Shown here one piece after another: positions 8,401 through 16,879 of a stretch of DNA of 30,021 bases. Source of the DNA: Pyrobaculum sp. (GTDB lineage: Archaea > Thermoproteota > Thermoprotei > Thermoproteales > Thermoproteaceae). The stretch is taken from NCBI GenBank assembly GCA_046293555.1, contig JBKBOT010000019.1:1-30021 (forward strand), written 5' to 3'. Position 1 is the first letter of the stretch. Every line of letters starts with the position of its first letter. Both the position numbers and the translations under genes were made by a program. The notes under the pieces were generated by a model, which saw only the letters and a list, made by a program, of their open reading frames with translations, did not search any database and was not told where the DNA came from.

Positions 8401-9915
8401 CTGCCGACGGTAATATATATGCGGGGTACGTTATGGATCCGTGCATCTACATCTACATACACCAACTTCCACGCCGTAGACAACATCTACGTCGAGCCCT
8501 ACCACCCCGACCTCCACAACACCGCGCCGGGCGTCGCCACAGCTGTGGATTGGCGCCTCACGCCAGGGAGGCGCTGGACGTGGCGCTTCTCAGATGTATC
8601 TAGAAACAGCGCCTTCTTTAGGTTTGTGCCACAGGGGTCGCGGGTAGACGGCAGCATCTATCTAAACACTGCCACGGGTTTCAACGTCTCTGCGCCGGGC
8701 GCCGCCACATACGTCGAGGTGCCGTACGCAGTGCCACAGCTGGCGGGGAAGCTCGCAGGTCTTATGCCCACGCCATATGTGTTTCAACACTACCAATGGG
8801 AAAGGGCGTATGTGTCAGTTGTCGCTACCCCGGTTCCGCAGGCCGGCGTAATAGACGCTATGTTGTACATACCGTTTAATATAACTCTTTTTGACACGGC
8901 TGTGTTTATAGCTGGGGATTTTGGCTGGAATTACCCGCTGGCCATAGCGTGGGGCGGTTTTGCATGGATTAGAATTGGCGATATCGTCGGGGTGCGGTTC
9001 GGCGGCCCTAGCTATACAGTTAAAGTCCCTATCGGCAGATGGTTCCGCTTTACTGTAGTCTATAACGAGACGTACTTCACAGTGTATGTAGACGGCGTGA
9101 GGGCTCACGCCGCACAGAAGGGGGCACTCCCCCCTGGATATATTTGGTCCAAACACGGCGTCGGCCACATGCCGGTGGGTATAAACGCCCCGACTCTGTA
9201 CTACAAATACGTGGCCTTCTACTCCGGCCGTGTGGACATGGGCGAAAAACTGCCCGACCTCGGCGGACTGCGTTACGTCTACCTCTTGGACGCTACACAA
9301 TCGCCGCCGGGCTTCTACACCGAGGCGGGGGCGGCGCGGTATCTGTTCAGGTACTTCGTGCTGCCGTATTTCGACCAGCCTGGCGTATATACGCTCTGTG
9401 GGCAGAGGCTGCCGGGCACCGGCGGGTCGGCAGGCGTCTATGTCTTGCCGTCGCTTGGCGACAATTGCGGCATTTCGCCGGTTCATGTGGGTAATAACAT
9501 CTACCGCATCCCCGCCGTGCTGCCGCCGGGGAAGTACAGCTGCGACCGGCCGCTGGAGGTGTATAACTACACCGGCGTGAAGGTGGCATCGTGTAGCGAG
9601 ATGTATTTAACCACAACGGTGTTTGGCTACCTGCAGTGGTCCGGCACGTCGTCGATGCCTGCCTTGATGTATGTGCCGTTTCCCGTGCTTAATCCTTTTA
9701 CCCTCCCGGCGCCGCTGCACTCTAGCATTGTTTACGCGCTGCCGATTGTGGCGTTTGCCGCCGGCGCCTATCTCGGCAGGCGTATGTCTGAGTCGTTGGC
9801 TGCGGCATCTCTGTCGTTTATAGTGGCTAGCTATCTGGTGGGTAACATGTTGCTTCTTGGTATTGCCGTGGCGGCGTTTGTGGTGGCTGTGGTGTTTATG
9901 ATTATGGAAGATTAA
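5431..9915 (+). CDS. Large secreted, membrane-anchored concanavalin A-like (L-lectin/LamG) multidomain protein; putative adhesin/receptor-binding protein
   Basis: Signal-like 'AALLALIFSVFVLA'; four 'EDFS..P.G...WD....LTP' repeats; 'SFRFRAWGGSGADAIWL', 'GNWH..EV', 'NNHAIDD' lectin-fold motifs; many N-x-S/T sequons; C-terminal TM helices. True start may be GTG 5530. Confidence 0.85.
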   Translation: MNSFKYMFLLPYVRRGSKEKGEGGGEGKGRGVDVSYKATCGAAAFTSAAYRAALLALIFSVFVLASSPYIHEDFSQQPRGSMTNVIWDPVNGRLVLTPFGFEMSSKYSYGWYEGVTSIHLSFSLLVANPAWFEDFSKQPIGRLEAIASWDSANQYVLLTPAQSNLVGYYVLDKVKLWPAGKLSFRFKSWGGSGGEAIWLALFDGSTTATEDATDGGYHVVFDERESVVKVVRGTAVLASMQWTNDGNWHTVEVLYYLNGSRFYISVKIDGSQGISAVDSSPPANALSGAGLVYFGARTSGSTNNHAVDDILYEAGGLNVVVSSTKSQLVYVTLLEGAGDPGISIVFDTVGRRVAIVRNATLAEMPWTPGNTYVEVTYEGGRVAVKTTQGGTSKSISASLQSGPRRGYIYFGSYTPGFQYAIWAIDDVRMTALIQFGEFVEFVPPNATPMPAPTPPPPLQTVVRYLQIPTPAQTGEFVVKLYDLYLPTGLGVRSQFPIQLPQSFSVNLEVMELGGGTMLRIGDRPWPCGYVSFRFRAWGGSGADAIWLALFDNSPTPDEDSFGGGYHITFDEYEDRIRIRRDVVLAEYAITTLDNGNWHRAEVSYCLYNNVFYVEVRLNGTLILSVTDSSPPSNVLNNVGIIYIGARTAGANNNHAIDDLVVMYPGGGWKEDFSRPPAGRLAGLAQWDSAGQYLLLTPAQNGQAGYYILFDYAIHVRSDRMTAWINGVKHETTFAAQRLRWTRYTLQTSSSSIVLMRDGSTIATINAGWAAGSYQIYVGEGNGASGWHGHLSWLTIHSGAVTVTPPNVPSNGLIAFMEPSVFDGIKFVDMANRRNNFIYWASTFEDFSRPPLGGLWWSATWDSANRYVLLTPNEQNKAGHYGCGTSSAAGAGVYMRFNFRAWGGTGGEFTAVGLYDGHWTFYQVNLVERGGRVEIYKTVTQGSTSLLGTWSYSFGSGWHTAEVWAYHKDGRMYIHVAVNGTLVAEAVDVSPLPTVIYMRGTLWIRASTSTYTNFHAVDNIYVEPYHPDLHNTAPGVATAVDWRLTPGRRWTWRFSDVSRNSAFFRFVPQGSRVDGSIYLNTATGFNVSAPGAATYVEVPYAVPQLAGKLAGLMPTPYVFQHYQWERAYVSVVATPVPQAGVIDAMLYIPFNITLFDTAVFIAGDFGWNYPLAIAWGGFAWIRIGDIVGVRFGGPSYTVKVPIGRWFRFTVVYNETYFTVYVDGVRAHAAQKGALPPGYIWSKHGVGHMPVGINAPTLYYKYVAFYSGRVDMGEKLPDLGGLRYVYLLDATQSPPGFYTEAGAARYLFRYFVLPYFDQPGVYTLCGQRLPGTGGSAGVYVLPSLGDNCGISPVHVGNNIYRIPAVLPPGKYSCDRPLEVYNYTGVKVASCSEMYLTTTVFGYLQWSGTSSMPALMYVPFPVLNPFTLPAPLHSSIVYALPIVAFAAGAYLGRRMSESLAAASLSFIVASYLVGNMLLLGIAVAAFVVAVVFMIMED

Positions 9916-9938
9916 TATATATACACGTACATTTTCTT

Positions 9939-10160
9939 ATGAACCCGGTTGTGGCAATCTTTGCCATTATCGCCATTTCGGTAATGGCTTTTTTCATAGC
10001 ACAGTTCATCGGCCAGATGGCCCTGCCGCAGAAGGTACATCCTGCGTTGGGCCAGTCGTTAGAACTCGTCAAGACCCTCCAGAGGTTTTTGTCCAACCCC
10101 TCCAACATTATCGTCCTTGCGGTGTTTGGCATTGTGGTGGTTCTTGTCTGGAGGAGATGA
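9939..10160 (+). CDS. Small two-TM membrane protein
   Basis: Two hydrophobic helices, basic C-terminus; TATA-like tatatata about 20 nt upstream. Confidence 0.75.
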   Translation: MNPVVAIFAIIAISVMAFFIAQFIGQMALPQKVHPALGQSLELVKTLQRFLSNPSNIIVLAVFGIVVVLVWRR

Positions 10161-10564
10161 TATCGCTTGCATCTATCGGCAAGGGGGCCTTCATGTTTGC
10201 CATATTGTACTCCTTCCTCGCCCCGCCGCTTCTCTCCATGTTTGGAAACGTGCCTGGGGCCTCCGCCTTCTATCCGGCCTACCACTTCCCCATCCCCAAG
10301 GTCAATATGACCAACGTCACGATGCCCATCTCGCAATATTGGGAGCTTATGTCTTGGATCACCCTTGGCGTTTTGAACGTAGTGACGTCTTTCGTCGGGG
10401 GGGTCGTCCTCATTTTCAACAACCTGGGGTCCGCCGTGGCTGGATCGATCCCGGACCCCGTCGTGGCGAGCTTCGTTAGGGCTTTGTTTATCTCCGTGGG
10501 TGGGCTCATGCAGCTGGGGCTGTGGAGTTATGTGATAACTGTGGCTAGGGGGGGCAACATATGA
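10157..10564 (+). CDS. Membrane protein
   Basis: Several hydrophobic segments, NMT/NVT sequons, ATGA overlaps at both ends. Confidence 0.75.
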   Translation: MISLASIGKGAFMFAILYSFLAPPLLSMFGNVPGASAFYPAYHFPIPKVNMTNVTMPISQYWELMSWITLGVLNVVTSFVGGVVLIFNNLGSAVAGSIPDPVVASFVRALFISVGGLMQLGLWSYVITVARGGNI

Positions 10565-10764
10565 TTCCCCAGTTTGAGCCATGGCTGTCGGCTGCCATGG
10601 TCATCGCGTTGTTGTTCACGCCTGTGAAGAACTGGCTCTATTCGGGCATAATTGCCATCGCTATGACGTATATACTCAACATGCAGGGGTGGGTTGCGGC
10701 GGTTGGGGCGCTGCAGGCGTTTGTTGGGTTCATAAGGCTGGTTAAAAGCAGGCATGGCGACTAG
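10561..10764 (+). CDS. Small membrane protein
   Basis: Hydrophobic throughout; ATGA overlap. Confidence 0.7.
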   Translation: MIPQFEPWLSAAMVIALLFTPVKNWLYSGIIAIAMTYILNMQGWVAAVGALQAFVGFIRLVKSRHGD

Positions 10765-10767
10765 GCC

Positions 10768-10995
10768 ATGATTGCGTTGAGGCTCATAACTGCGTTAATC
10801 CTCATATTTATCCTCCACTTCTTCCTCACGTCTTATTCCAGCATGGTTGAGTATGTTTATGATACGTTGCAGCTGCCCAGGTTGTTCTACAGTGAGACTT
10901 CGTCTATGTTGACGACGTTGATGTTGTTATTTTTAGTCGTGTCGGCTCTGGTGGTGGTGGCCACGACGCTCTACACGCGGGGGAAGGAGACCTAG
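10768..10995 (+). CDS. Small two-TM membrane protein
   Basis: Two hydrophobic helices; 3 nt from upstream stop. Confidence 0.7.
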   Translation: MIALRLITALILIFILHFFLTSYSSMVEYVYDTLQLPRLFYSETSSMLTTLMLLFLVVSALVVVATTLYTRGKET

Positions 10996-11001
10996 ATATG
11001 G

Positions 11002-11592
11002 TTAGATACAATACTTTCTCGTCTTTTTCTTCTTTGTGGACGGCAGCGGTATGGCGGGGAGCGGCGATTGTGTGATGGCCGTCGGCGGTGTGGTTGGCGT
11101 TGGAGATAGTTGTCGAACGGCAGTTGTTTCCATCTGACGTTCGGCGGCTAGCTCCAACTCTGGTTGTAGTTGTTTGTCCAGCTGTATGGACTTTATGACG
11201 AAGAGTATGAGGGCTGGGGGCAGTATGACGGCTGTGAGGATGAATGTGTTTGCCAGCAGTGTGTCTATTGGCTGTAGCGGCGCGGGGATTGTGTAGGACG
11301 AAAATATGCCTTCTACCGTCACGATTTCTTTGTAGAAAAGCCCAGTCTTGGGCATCATGAAGTACCACACGGCGGCCCAGCTTATATACAACATAATGCC
11401 TACGAATGAGGTTAGTATCGGCGCTATGGTGTACCTTTCCCATGGCCATACCACGATGTGTCTCTCCACCTCTCTGTAGATGAAATATAGAAGGACGGCG
11501 GCGGCTATATATCCTGCGATGCCGCCCATCGTCGCGGATATATAACACATGGCGGCGATTGTTATGTATAATATGATGTGTTTATGCAACAT
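11002..11592 (-). CDS. Multi-pass membrane protein with Pro/Thr-rich, Lys-rich tail
   Basis: About 4 TM segments; last gene of a three-gene minus-strand unit. Confidence 0.7.
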   Translation of the reverse strand: MLHKHIILYITIAAMCYISATMGGIAGYIAAAVLLYFIYREVERHIVVWPWERYTIAPILTSFVGIMLYISWAAVWYFMMPKTGLFYKEIVTVEGIFSSYTIPAPLQPIDTLLANTFILTAVILPPALILFVIKSIQLDKQLQPELELAAERQMETTAVRQLSPTPTTPPTAITQSPLPAIPLPSTKKKKTRKYCI

Positions 11593-12028
11593 ACCTCGCC
11601 AGGGCTATATAGCAGTTGAAGTGGTCACAGTCGTAGAAACCTGCGTTTAGGTATGTGGTGTGTCCGCCGCCCTCTGTCCACCTTTTGAACTCCTCCAGCG
11701 GTATGATGCGCTCTAGGGGGGTGTCGTAATTTAACACCGCGTGGGGTATGACTACAGATGTGTTACCGTTTGTTTGGACCCCTGCGTCGAGTAGCTTGGT
11801 GGCCATGTCCGCCTCCCACGTCTTGAGCGATGCGTGGAGGTCTTTGTTCGTGAAGCATGATGGCCGCCGTATTTTGAGGTACAGCGTCTCTCTGGGCTCC
11901 GACACTGTGGAGATTATGTAGTTCCAGATCTCCGTAACGGCGTCTGGCTCGACGTTTCTGAAGCAGACACAACAGCTGAAGTAATGTACCCCGTCTCTGT
12001 TTTTATCGCAGAGTATCGTACGTCTCAT
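11582..12028 (-). CDS. Hypothetical protein
   Basis: Start placed at ATG 12028 (MRRTILCD), which overlaps the upstream TGA (ATGA). Confidence 0.65.
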   Translation of the reverse strand: MRRTILCDKNRDGVHYFSCCVCFRNVEPDAVTEIWNYIISTVSEPRETLYLKIRRPSCFTNKDLHASLKTWEADMATKLLDAGVQTNGNTSVVIPHAVLNYDTPLERIIPLEEFKRWTEGGGHTTYLNAGFYDCDHFNCYIALARYVA

Positions 12029-12576
12029 TTCCCTCCTAACCAGCTTAGTATCGCCATTAGCAATATGAAGCCCGCCATGATTATGAAGAGGGTCTTGGGG
12101 TCCATTCTGGCCAGTAGGCTGGGCCTGGCGCGTCTCTCCCATGCGAGCGCTATGGCTGCGGGTATGATCTTAAACGCTTTGGTCATAAGTCCCGCTATGT
12201 AGTGTATTATCTGTGCGCCTTGTGCCTTGTCCACCTTTTTGAACTCTTTTATCAGTCCGGCCTCTATTATGGTTTTGGGGAGGCTCATATCTACTGCAAT
12301 TGCGGTGCCGCTTGGCGTTGCCACAGCTGTGACGACTCTAATGGTGCGGCATTTGATGCCAAATATCGATCCGCCTTCACATATGTGGAAATATTTTGGC
12401 GTCTCGCCTTCTGTCACCACGACGTAGTCCTTGTTTGGAGTCTTGATGTAATACATGCTGTGCCACACCATGTATTCCTTGGTTATTTTTGGCTTGTAGG
12501 GCTTCGCTGGTGTGAGGTATTTGGGCTCTCCGTTTTCGTCAAAGAGCCATATGTAGAGTGGAGGCTCTTGTGGCAT
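12025..12576 (-). CDS. Hypothetical protein with C-terminal TM anchor
   Basis: Beta-rich N-part, hydrophobic C-terminal helix; follows the divergent promoter region. Confidence 0.7.
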   Translation of the reverse strand: MPQEPPLYIWLFDENGEPKYLTPAKPYKPKITKEYMVWHSMYYIKTPNKDYVVVTEGETPKYFHICEGGSIFGIKCRTIRVVTAVATPSGTAIAVDMSLPKTIIEAGLIKEFKKVDKAQGAQIIHYIAGLMTKAFKIIPAAIALAWERRARPSLLARMDPKTLFIIMAGFILLMAILSWLGGK

Positions 12577-12589
12577 ATATAGTAATATT

Positions 12590-12622
12590 GTTTAAAAGCC
12601 AGTTGGCGTCGGTCTTTTAAAC
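12590..12622. promoter_or_regulatory. Back-to-back TATA boxes forming an inverted repeat (divergent promoters)
   Basis: gtttaaaagcc...ggtcttttaaac between the divergent starts 12576(-) and 12637/12643(+). Confidence 0.55.
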
Positions 12623-12636
12623 TCTATTTATTTACC

Positions 12637-12924
12637 ATGAACATGCATGCGGTGTTGGTGGCCGAGGCCTATAGCTTCTTGAAACAGAAGTATGAGGAGA
12701 CGAATGACCCGTTGTATATGGTCGTGGCGTATAAGATACTTGCCGCATATGTCCGCGCGCCGGAGACGTGTATAGAGGTGCTTAAAGTGGACAACATGTC
12801 TGCCTACGTAGACGACGAGTACGATCCACATCTTGTGGTCACCTTTAGATGTCAAGATAAGAACAAGCCGCTTAGGACTTACGTCATTTCGCCCTACGTC
12901 GACGAGAGGGGGGAGGAGGTATGA
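12637..12924 (+). CDS. Hypothetical protein
   Basis: First gene of a tightly overlapping + operon. Confidence 0.7.
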   Translation: MNMHAVLVAEAYSFLKQKYEETNDPLYMVVAYKILAAYVRAPETCIEVLKVDNMSAYVDDEYDPHLVVTFRCQDKNKPLRTYVISPYVDERGEEV

Positions 12925-14021
12925 GGTATGCGTGGTCTCTCCACTGGCTTGACTACGGCTTTGCCGATGAGGTGACCATATATACCGTTAGTTACAGCGA
13001 GAGGGTGAGGCTGTTGGACGAGGGGTCTGTCTACACGTTTGTCCACTCTGGCAAGAAGTATCCCTACGATAGGGGGGTGATTGAGAACGTGTTTAAAGCC
13101 ATGAGGGATACGTCGACTATTATGTTGTATGGCCCGCCGGGCACCGGCAAGACGACGATGGCGTCTTTGATATGTAAGTGGCTCACCATGTTGAACACAG
13201 AGGTGCCTGAGCCCGATTTGATTCCGGACAAATGGGGTATAAACAAGTTTGCGGATTTGGAGCAAAATCGATGTATAGTGATAGACGACTTGGTTTTGTT
13301 GGGGACAAACCGTAGGACTGAAGAAAGCTTTAAAGGTTTTGCCCTGGTGGCAGACGTCCAGACGCAAATGTTGAAATTTTTGGAATGGGCTAGGGATATG
13401 AATGTTTTCGTTTTCGTCACTACAAACATGTTGCCGGAGATGATGGAGCCTGCACTGTTGTCTAGACTTAAGTCTGTGGAGATACCGCCGCCGAGCGAGG
13501 CCGTGAAACAAAAGCTGAGGGAGTATGGCTATAAGATAGCCAACGAGAGGGGGAGGTCATTTAGGGAACTGTTGTGGGGCACCACAGGCGCGGTTGTTGA
13601 GATACCGCCTGTACAAACCCGCGTAATTAGCGACGACCTTTGGGTGTTCCAGCTTGTTAAAGTATATCGCGTTAGGTATAGCACATATCTTTTCCCGACG
13701 CCGCTTTTGGTGAAGGCGGCTGCGTTGCTTTCTTACAACCTACAGCGGCCGGCGGTTTTCCTCAAAAACCCCATTGCGGTTGAGCAGCTGTATTTCTACA
13801 AACGCCCCATTGTGGTTCTGCCGGGGGGCATGACGCAGTTGGACATGGAGCGGCTTGCGCTTAAGTTCAACGCCACGATTTTAACGGAAGGTGGAGACGA
13901 GAAGGTCGAGACGGTCAGCTTATCGCTTGAGATGGCCAAGTTGGTATGTCCAACGATAACGCAGGGCGACTTTGGCTTCTATGAGTGTTACAGGAAGGCC
14001 GCCGAGGAGATCTTGGGGTGA
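12921..14021 (+). CDS. AAA+ ATPase
   Basis: Walker A GPPGTGKTT, Walker B IVIDD, sensor 1 VTTN, arginine-finger region PALLSRL; strong SD ggaggagg upstream. Confidence 0.88.
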   Translation: MRYAWSLHWLDYGFADEVTIYTVSYSERVRLLDEGSVYTFVHSGKKYPYDRGVIENVFKAMRDTSTIMLYGPPGTGKTTMASLICKWLTMLNTEVPEPDLIPDKWGINKFADLEQNRCIVIDDLVLLGTNRRTEESFKGFALVADVQTQMLKFLEWARDMNVFVFVTTNMLPEMMEPALLSRLKSVEIPPPSEAVKQKLREYGYKIANERGRSFRELLWGTTGAVVEIPPVQTRVISDDLWVFQLVKVYRVRYSTYLFPTPLLVKAAALLSYNLQRPAVFLKNPIAVEQLYFYKRPIVVLPGGMTQLDMERLALKFNATILTEGGDEKVETVSLSLEMAKLVCPTITQGDFGFYECYRKAAEEILG

Positions 14022-14024
14022 GAC

Positions 14025-14399
14025 GTGTTTAGACAGAGCTCCGTCCTCTGCGAGGCGTGTGAAAGGCTTTTTACCACCAGGGTTAATGAGACACATATGT
14101 TGAGAGCCGCCTCGGCTATTGTTGCCTCCGTGGAGCCCATCTTGCTTGGGATGACTGGCTCCATGTGGACGGCGCGGTCCTTTAGGCTGAGGGCGGCCGT
14201 GGTGCTGCGGGAGTGTTGTCCGGAGGTGACGTATAGGGATAGCATCTGTGAGATCTTGTCCATGTGTCCCGGCACGCGTAATTGTGAGAACATGATGTCT
14301 GATGTTGCCCCGTGTTTGTTCAACCTTGCGGTCATGACGTGTAGCATGATTTATGACAACTTCTGTAGGGCGCAGATATGGAGTCTGGCCCAGCGGTAA
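14025..14399 (+). CDS. Cys-rich hypothetical protein
   Basis: About ten Cys in 124 aa; fits operon packing. Confidence 0.6.
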   Translation: MFRQSSVLCEACERLFTTRVNETHMLRAASAIVASVEPILLGMTGSMWTARSFRLRAAVVLRECCPEVTYRDSICEILSMCPGTRNCENMMSDVAPCLFNLAVMTCSMIYDNFCRAQIWSLAQR

Positions 14400-14893
14400 A
14401 CCAACAACAGCAACAAGGGTGGTCGCCTATTGTCTGGAGGCGTAAGCGGCGTGAATATCACCTAGTCCCTATAGAGATTGAGCCGACGCCGCCGCGGATA
14501 TTGTTGCCGGGGACCGCCAAGTCTTTTGAGAACGTGTTTGAGGCGATTGCCCAGGGGAAGCCCTTGGCACAAGTCATCGAGATGATTACAGAGGTATTGC
14601 ATATGGTCATTGTCGACGAGACTATGTACTCAATAACGACCCCCAGTCCGGACGATGCCTACTTCACGTTTCTCATCCTTATCTCGAACTCCCTTGTGTT
14701 TTTTACCGAGCAGGCGAGGGATTACTTCGCCTCTAGGACTCCGGATGAGCCGTTGCATATGGTGACGTTTGTAAATGCCCTTTCGGAGGCGGCGGAGAAG
14801 TACTTGGCGAGGCTTAGGGGGATGCTTGAGCTCAACAAGCCGGATAAGACTCAGCTGGCTATGTCTAAATACGGTTTTATCAAGGTACCATGA
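14378..14893 (+). CDS. Hypothetical helical protein
   Basis: Operon packing, ATGA overlap downstream. Confidence 0.7.
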   Translation: MESGPAVNQQQQQGWSPIVWRRKRREYHLVPIEIEPTPPRILLPGTAKSFENVFEAIAQGKPLAQVIEMITEVLHMVIVDETMYSITTPSPDDAYFTFLILISNSLVFFTEQARDYFASRTPDEPLHMVTFVNALSEAAEKYLARLRGMLELNKPDKTQLAMSKYGFIKVP

Positions 14894-15294
14894 GCAAACC
14901 GGTAGTTTTGAGGAAAGGCAAGAGGAGGGATGTAATTAGGTTTATCAAGAGGGAGGTGGATAAGATCGTGGAACGTATGTCGAGGATGAAACAGATAGAT
15001 GTGATTAACTTCGAGCAGTACTTCCTTCTGCAGGCCGAGGCTGTTTTCTACAAGGCTAGTATTGTCTACACGAAGAGGTGGGGGTTGGAAAATTACGTAA
15101 ATTTTATAAATGGTATTATAAACACGATGCCGAAATTGCCCACACCTGTTGATGCCATAAAGGCGTTGGTATCTGCGGCAGATGCCATGGCCACCTTGTC
15201 TTATGCCGTAAAACAGAAGAGACCTGATGTAGATATGGAGTGTATAAACAAGGCGGCTAAGTCGATAGAAGGGCGGATGGAGTTGAGATGTTAG
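14890..15294 (+). CDS. Hypothetical helical protein
   Basis: Operon packing directly upstream of the ATPase. Confidence 0.7.
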   Translation: MSKPVVLRKGKRRDVIRFIKREVDKIVERMSRMKQIDVINFEQYFLLQAEAVFYKASIVYTKRWGLENYVNFINGIINTMPKLPTPVDAIKALVSAADAMATLSYAVKQKRPDVDMECINKAAKSIEGRMELRC

Positions 15295-16205
15295 GGCCTA
15301 CCTTCTCTCTGAAGAAGGAGCGGTTGTTTGAGGATCGGCGCGATTTGATTCGATATTTGTTGGAAACTATGGAGTTGTATAGGGGTAAGGCGATCTACAG
15401 CCTTGCCATCACTGGAATACAGGGGACGGGCAAGTCCAGGCTTTTATCCCTCCTAGCGTTGTTGCTGAAGGAGAGGGGGTTTAACGTTTATTACGATATA
15501 GGCATACCGACGGAGTTGGAGCAATATGACTACATCCTACTTGACGATATTGCGGCGATGATACATTCCAGCGAGCATATGACCCACGCGGGGAGGACGT
15601 TGAGGAAGATTGAGATCTTGGTACGTAATATCGCGAGACACGGCTACTTGTTGGCGGCGCCTAGGAGTATAGATGTGTTGCGACAGATAAGAATTACGTC
15701 TCATATACTTTGGCTTAGGAGTAGCGCTGAAGTGAGGGAGATAGCGGAGGAGGAGGTGACGTGTGACGTGGTGGCTGTCTACACCAATTATGACGGCGAT
15801 ATCTTCAAGGAGTTTTGTATCACGTGGGAGAAGTTGAAAATATACGGCTTCGGCAGCCCGAGGTGGCGCCAAATGTATGAGCCTGTACAACAGAAACGTG
15901 CAGAGATCTTGAAGAGGTTGTTAGACCAGTTCAAAACAACGGTGGAGGGCGTGGAGGTAGATGGCGGTGAGAAGGAGAAGAAAATACTCGTGGAGAGGTG
16001 CTTCAAGTTGTTTATGATGGAGAAGGTAGAATTATGTGATGATTGTGTGTCCAATTTCGATGAGTTGTATGTAGCCTACAAGGAGTTCTGTGAAAGACGG
16101 AAAATGCCTTACGTCAAACCGCATATATTTTCCAGGATGTTGACCCAATACGGCATAAGGCGTGGGTCAAAACGTTGGGTTTTAATTGGGCTCAGGCTAG
16201 TCTAG
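15288..16205 (+). CDS. P-loop ATPase resembling fusellovirus B251 family, with C-terminal winged-helix domain
   Basis: GIQGTGKS; ILLDD followed by 'K...L.R.......P...D....R', a pattern recalled from SSV B251-type ATPases; C-terminal 'ELYVAYKEFCE...FSRML' as in D5/primase-helicase wHTH. Confidence 0.75.
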   Translation: MLGPTFSLKKERLFEDRRDLIRYLLETMELYRGKAIYSLAITGIQGTGKSRLLSLLALLLKERGFNVYYDIGIPTELEQYDYILLDDIAAMIHSSEHMTHAGRTLRKIEILVRNIARHGYLLAAPRSIDVLRQIRITSHILWLRSSAEVREIAEEEVTCDVVAVYTNYDGDIFKEFCITWEKLKIYGFGSPRWRQMYEPVQQKRAEILKRLLDQFKTTVEGVEVDGGEKEKKILVERCFKLFMMEKVELCDDCVSNFDELYVAYKEFCERRKMPYVKPHIFSRMLTQYGIRRGSKRWVLIGLRLV

Positions 16206-16526
16206 AGAGATTGAGCTGTAGATCAAGTTGACCGCAAAGCCCACCACCCCAATCCCCAGGGTGGCTATGTAGACAACCTTGAGGTAGGCGTAGGGATCGT
16301 CCAGGTGGGCCGTACATGTTGTCTCAGTGATGTTCCCCTTGACCTCGGAGGTGCAGTGTTGGTAGCCTGGCATATATGCCGTGGAGGGTAGCATCAACCC
16401 GATGATTGATAATAGGAGTAGCAGTAGAGATGCCGGCCGGTCCGGGAGCTCTTCAAACTTGGCGATGAAGTACGTTAGGGCTAGGGATATTGGGATTAGC
16501 CAAAAGAGGTTGAGGGAAATCAACAT
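16197..16526 (-). CDS. Three-TM membrane protein with Cys-bounded loop
   Basis: Hydrophobic segments, C...NIT...C loop; TATA-like ttttaaa about 20 nt upstream. Confidence 0.7.
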   Translation of the reverse strand: MLISLNLFWLIPISLALTYFIAKFEELPDRPASLLLLLLSIIGLMLPSTAYMPGYQHCTSEVKGNITETTCTAHLDDPYAYLKVVYIATLGIGVVGFAVNLIYSSISLD

Positions 16527-16555
16527 TGGGAAAAAAAATTTGTTTAAAAGGTTGT

Positions 16556-16879
16556 TTACCTACGCGACCTTATCTGGTCCCAGAGCCACATGCCGAATGG
16601 CAGCAATGCGGTTACAACCACGGCGATTAGCAGTAGCTGGAACATTATCGTTACGATGGTTTTGGCCGGGCCTGCTACCTCTGGCGGGATGAGTTGGATG
16701 GTATTGTTGCCAAAGGTGAACGTAAGGCCGCTGAAGAGGTTAAACATGGCGTAGACGATGCCCACCACGAGGAATGTCACCAATACTGACACTATTAGCG
16801 AACCGTATTTCTCAATGTAGTCAGTCAGCGAGTCGGACATGCGTACAAACGGTACCCTAGGCGTCGCGGCGACGTTCAT
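16556..16879 (-). CDS. Putative major capsid protein of spindle-shaped virus type (hydrophobic helical hairpin); pilin-like alternative
   Basis: Short N-terminal leader, two long hydrophobic helices joined by a loop with NNT sequon, basic C-terminus; T-tract downstream. Confidence 0.55.
   Translation of the reverse strand: MNVAATPRVPFVRMSDSLTDYIEKYGSLIVSVLVTFLVVGIVYAMFNLFSGLTFTFGNNTIQLIPPEVAGPAKTIVTIMFQLLLIAVVVTALLPFGMWLWDQIRSRR

Noticed and set aside
8004-9370. Diversity-generating retroelement template/variable repeat pair
   Set aside because: No reverse transcriptase; differences are not adenine-specific and both copies are coding.
5653-9616. Many alternative-frame ORFs in the adhesin genes (also 28006-29800)
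   Set aside because: Arg/Pro-rich shadows of GC-rich coding DNA.
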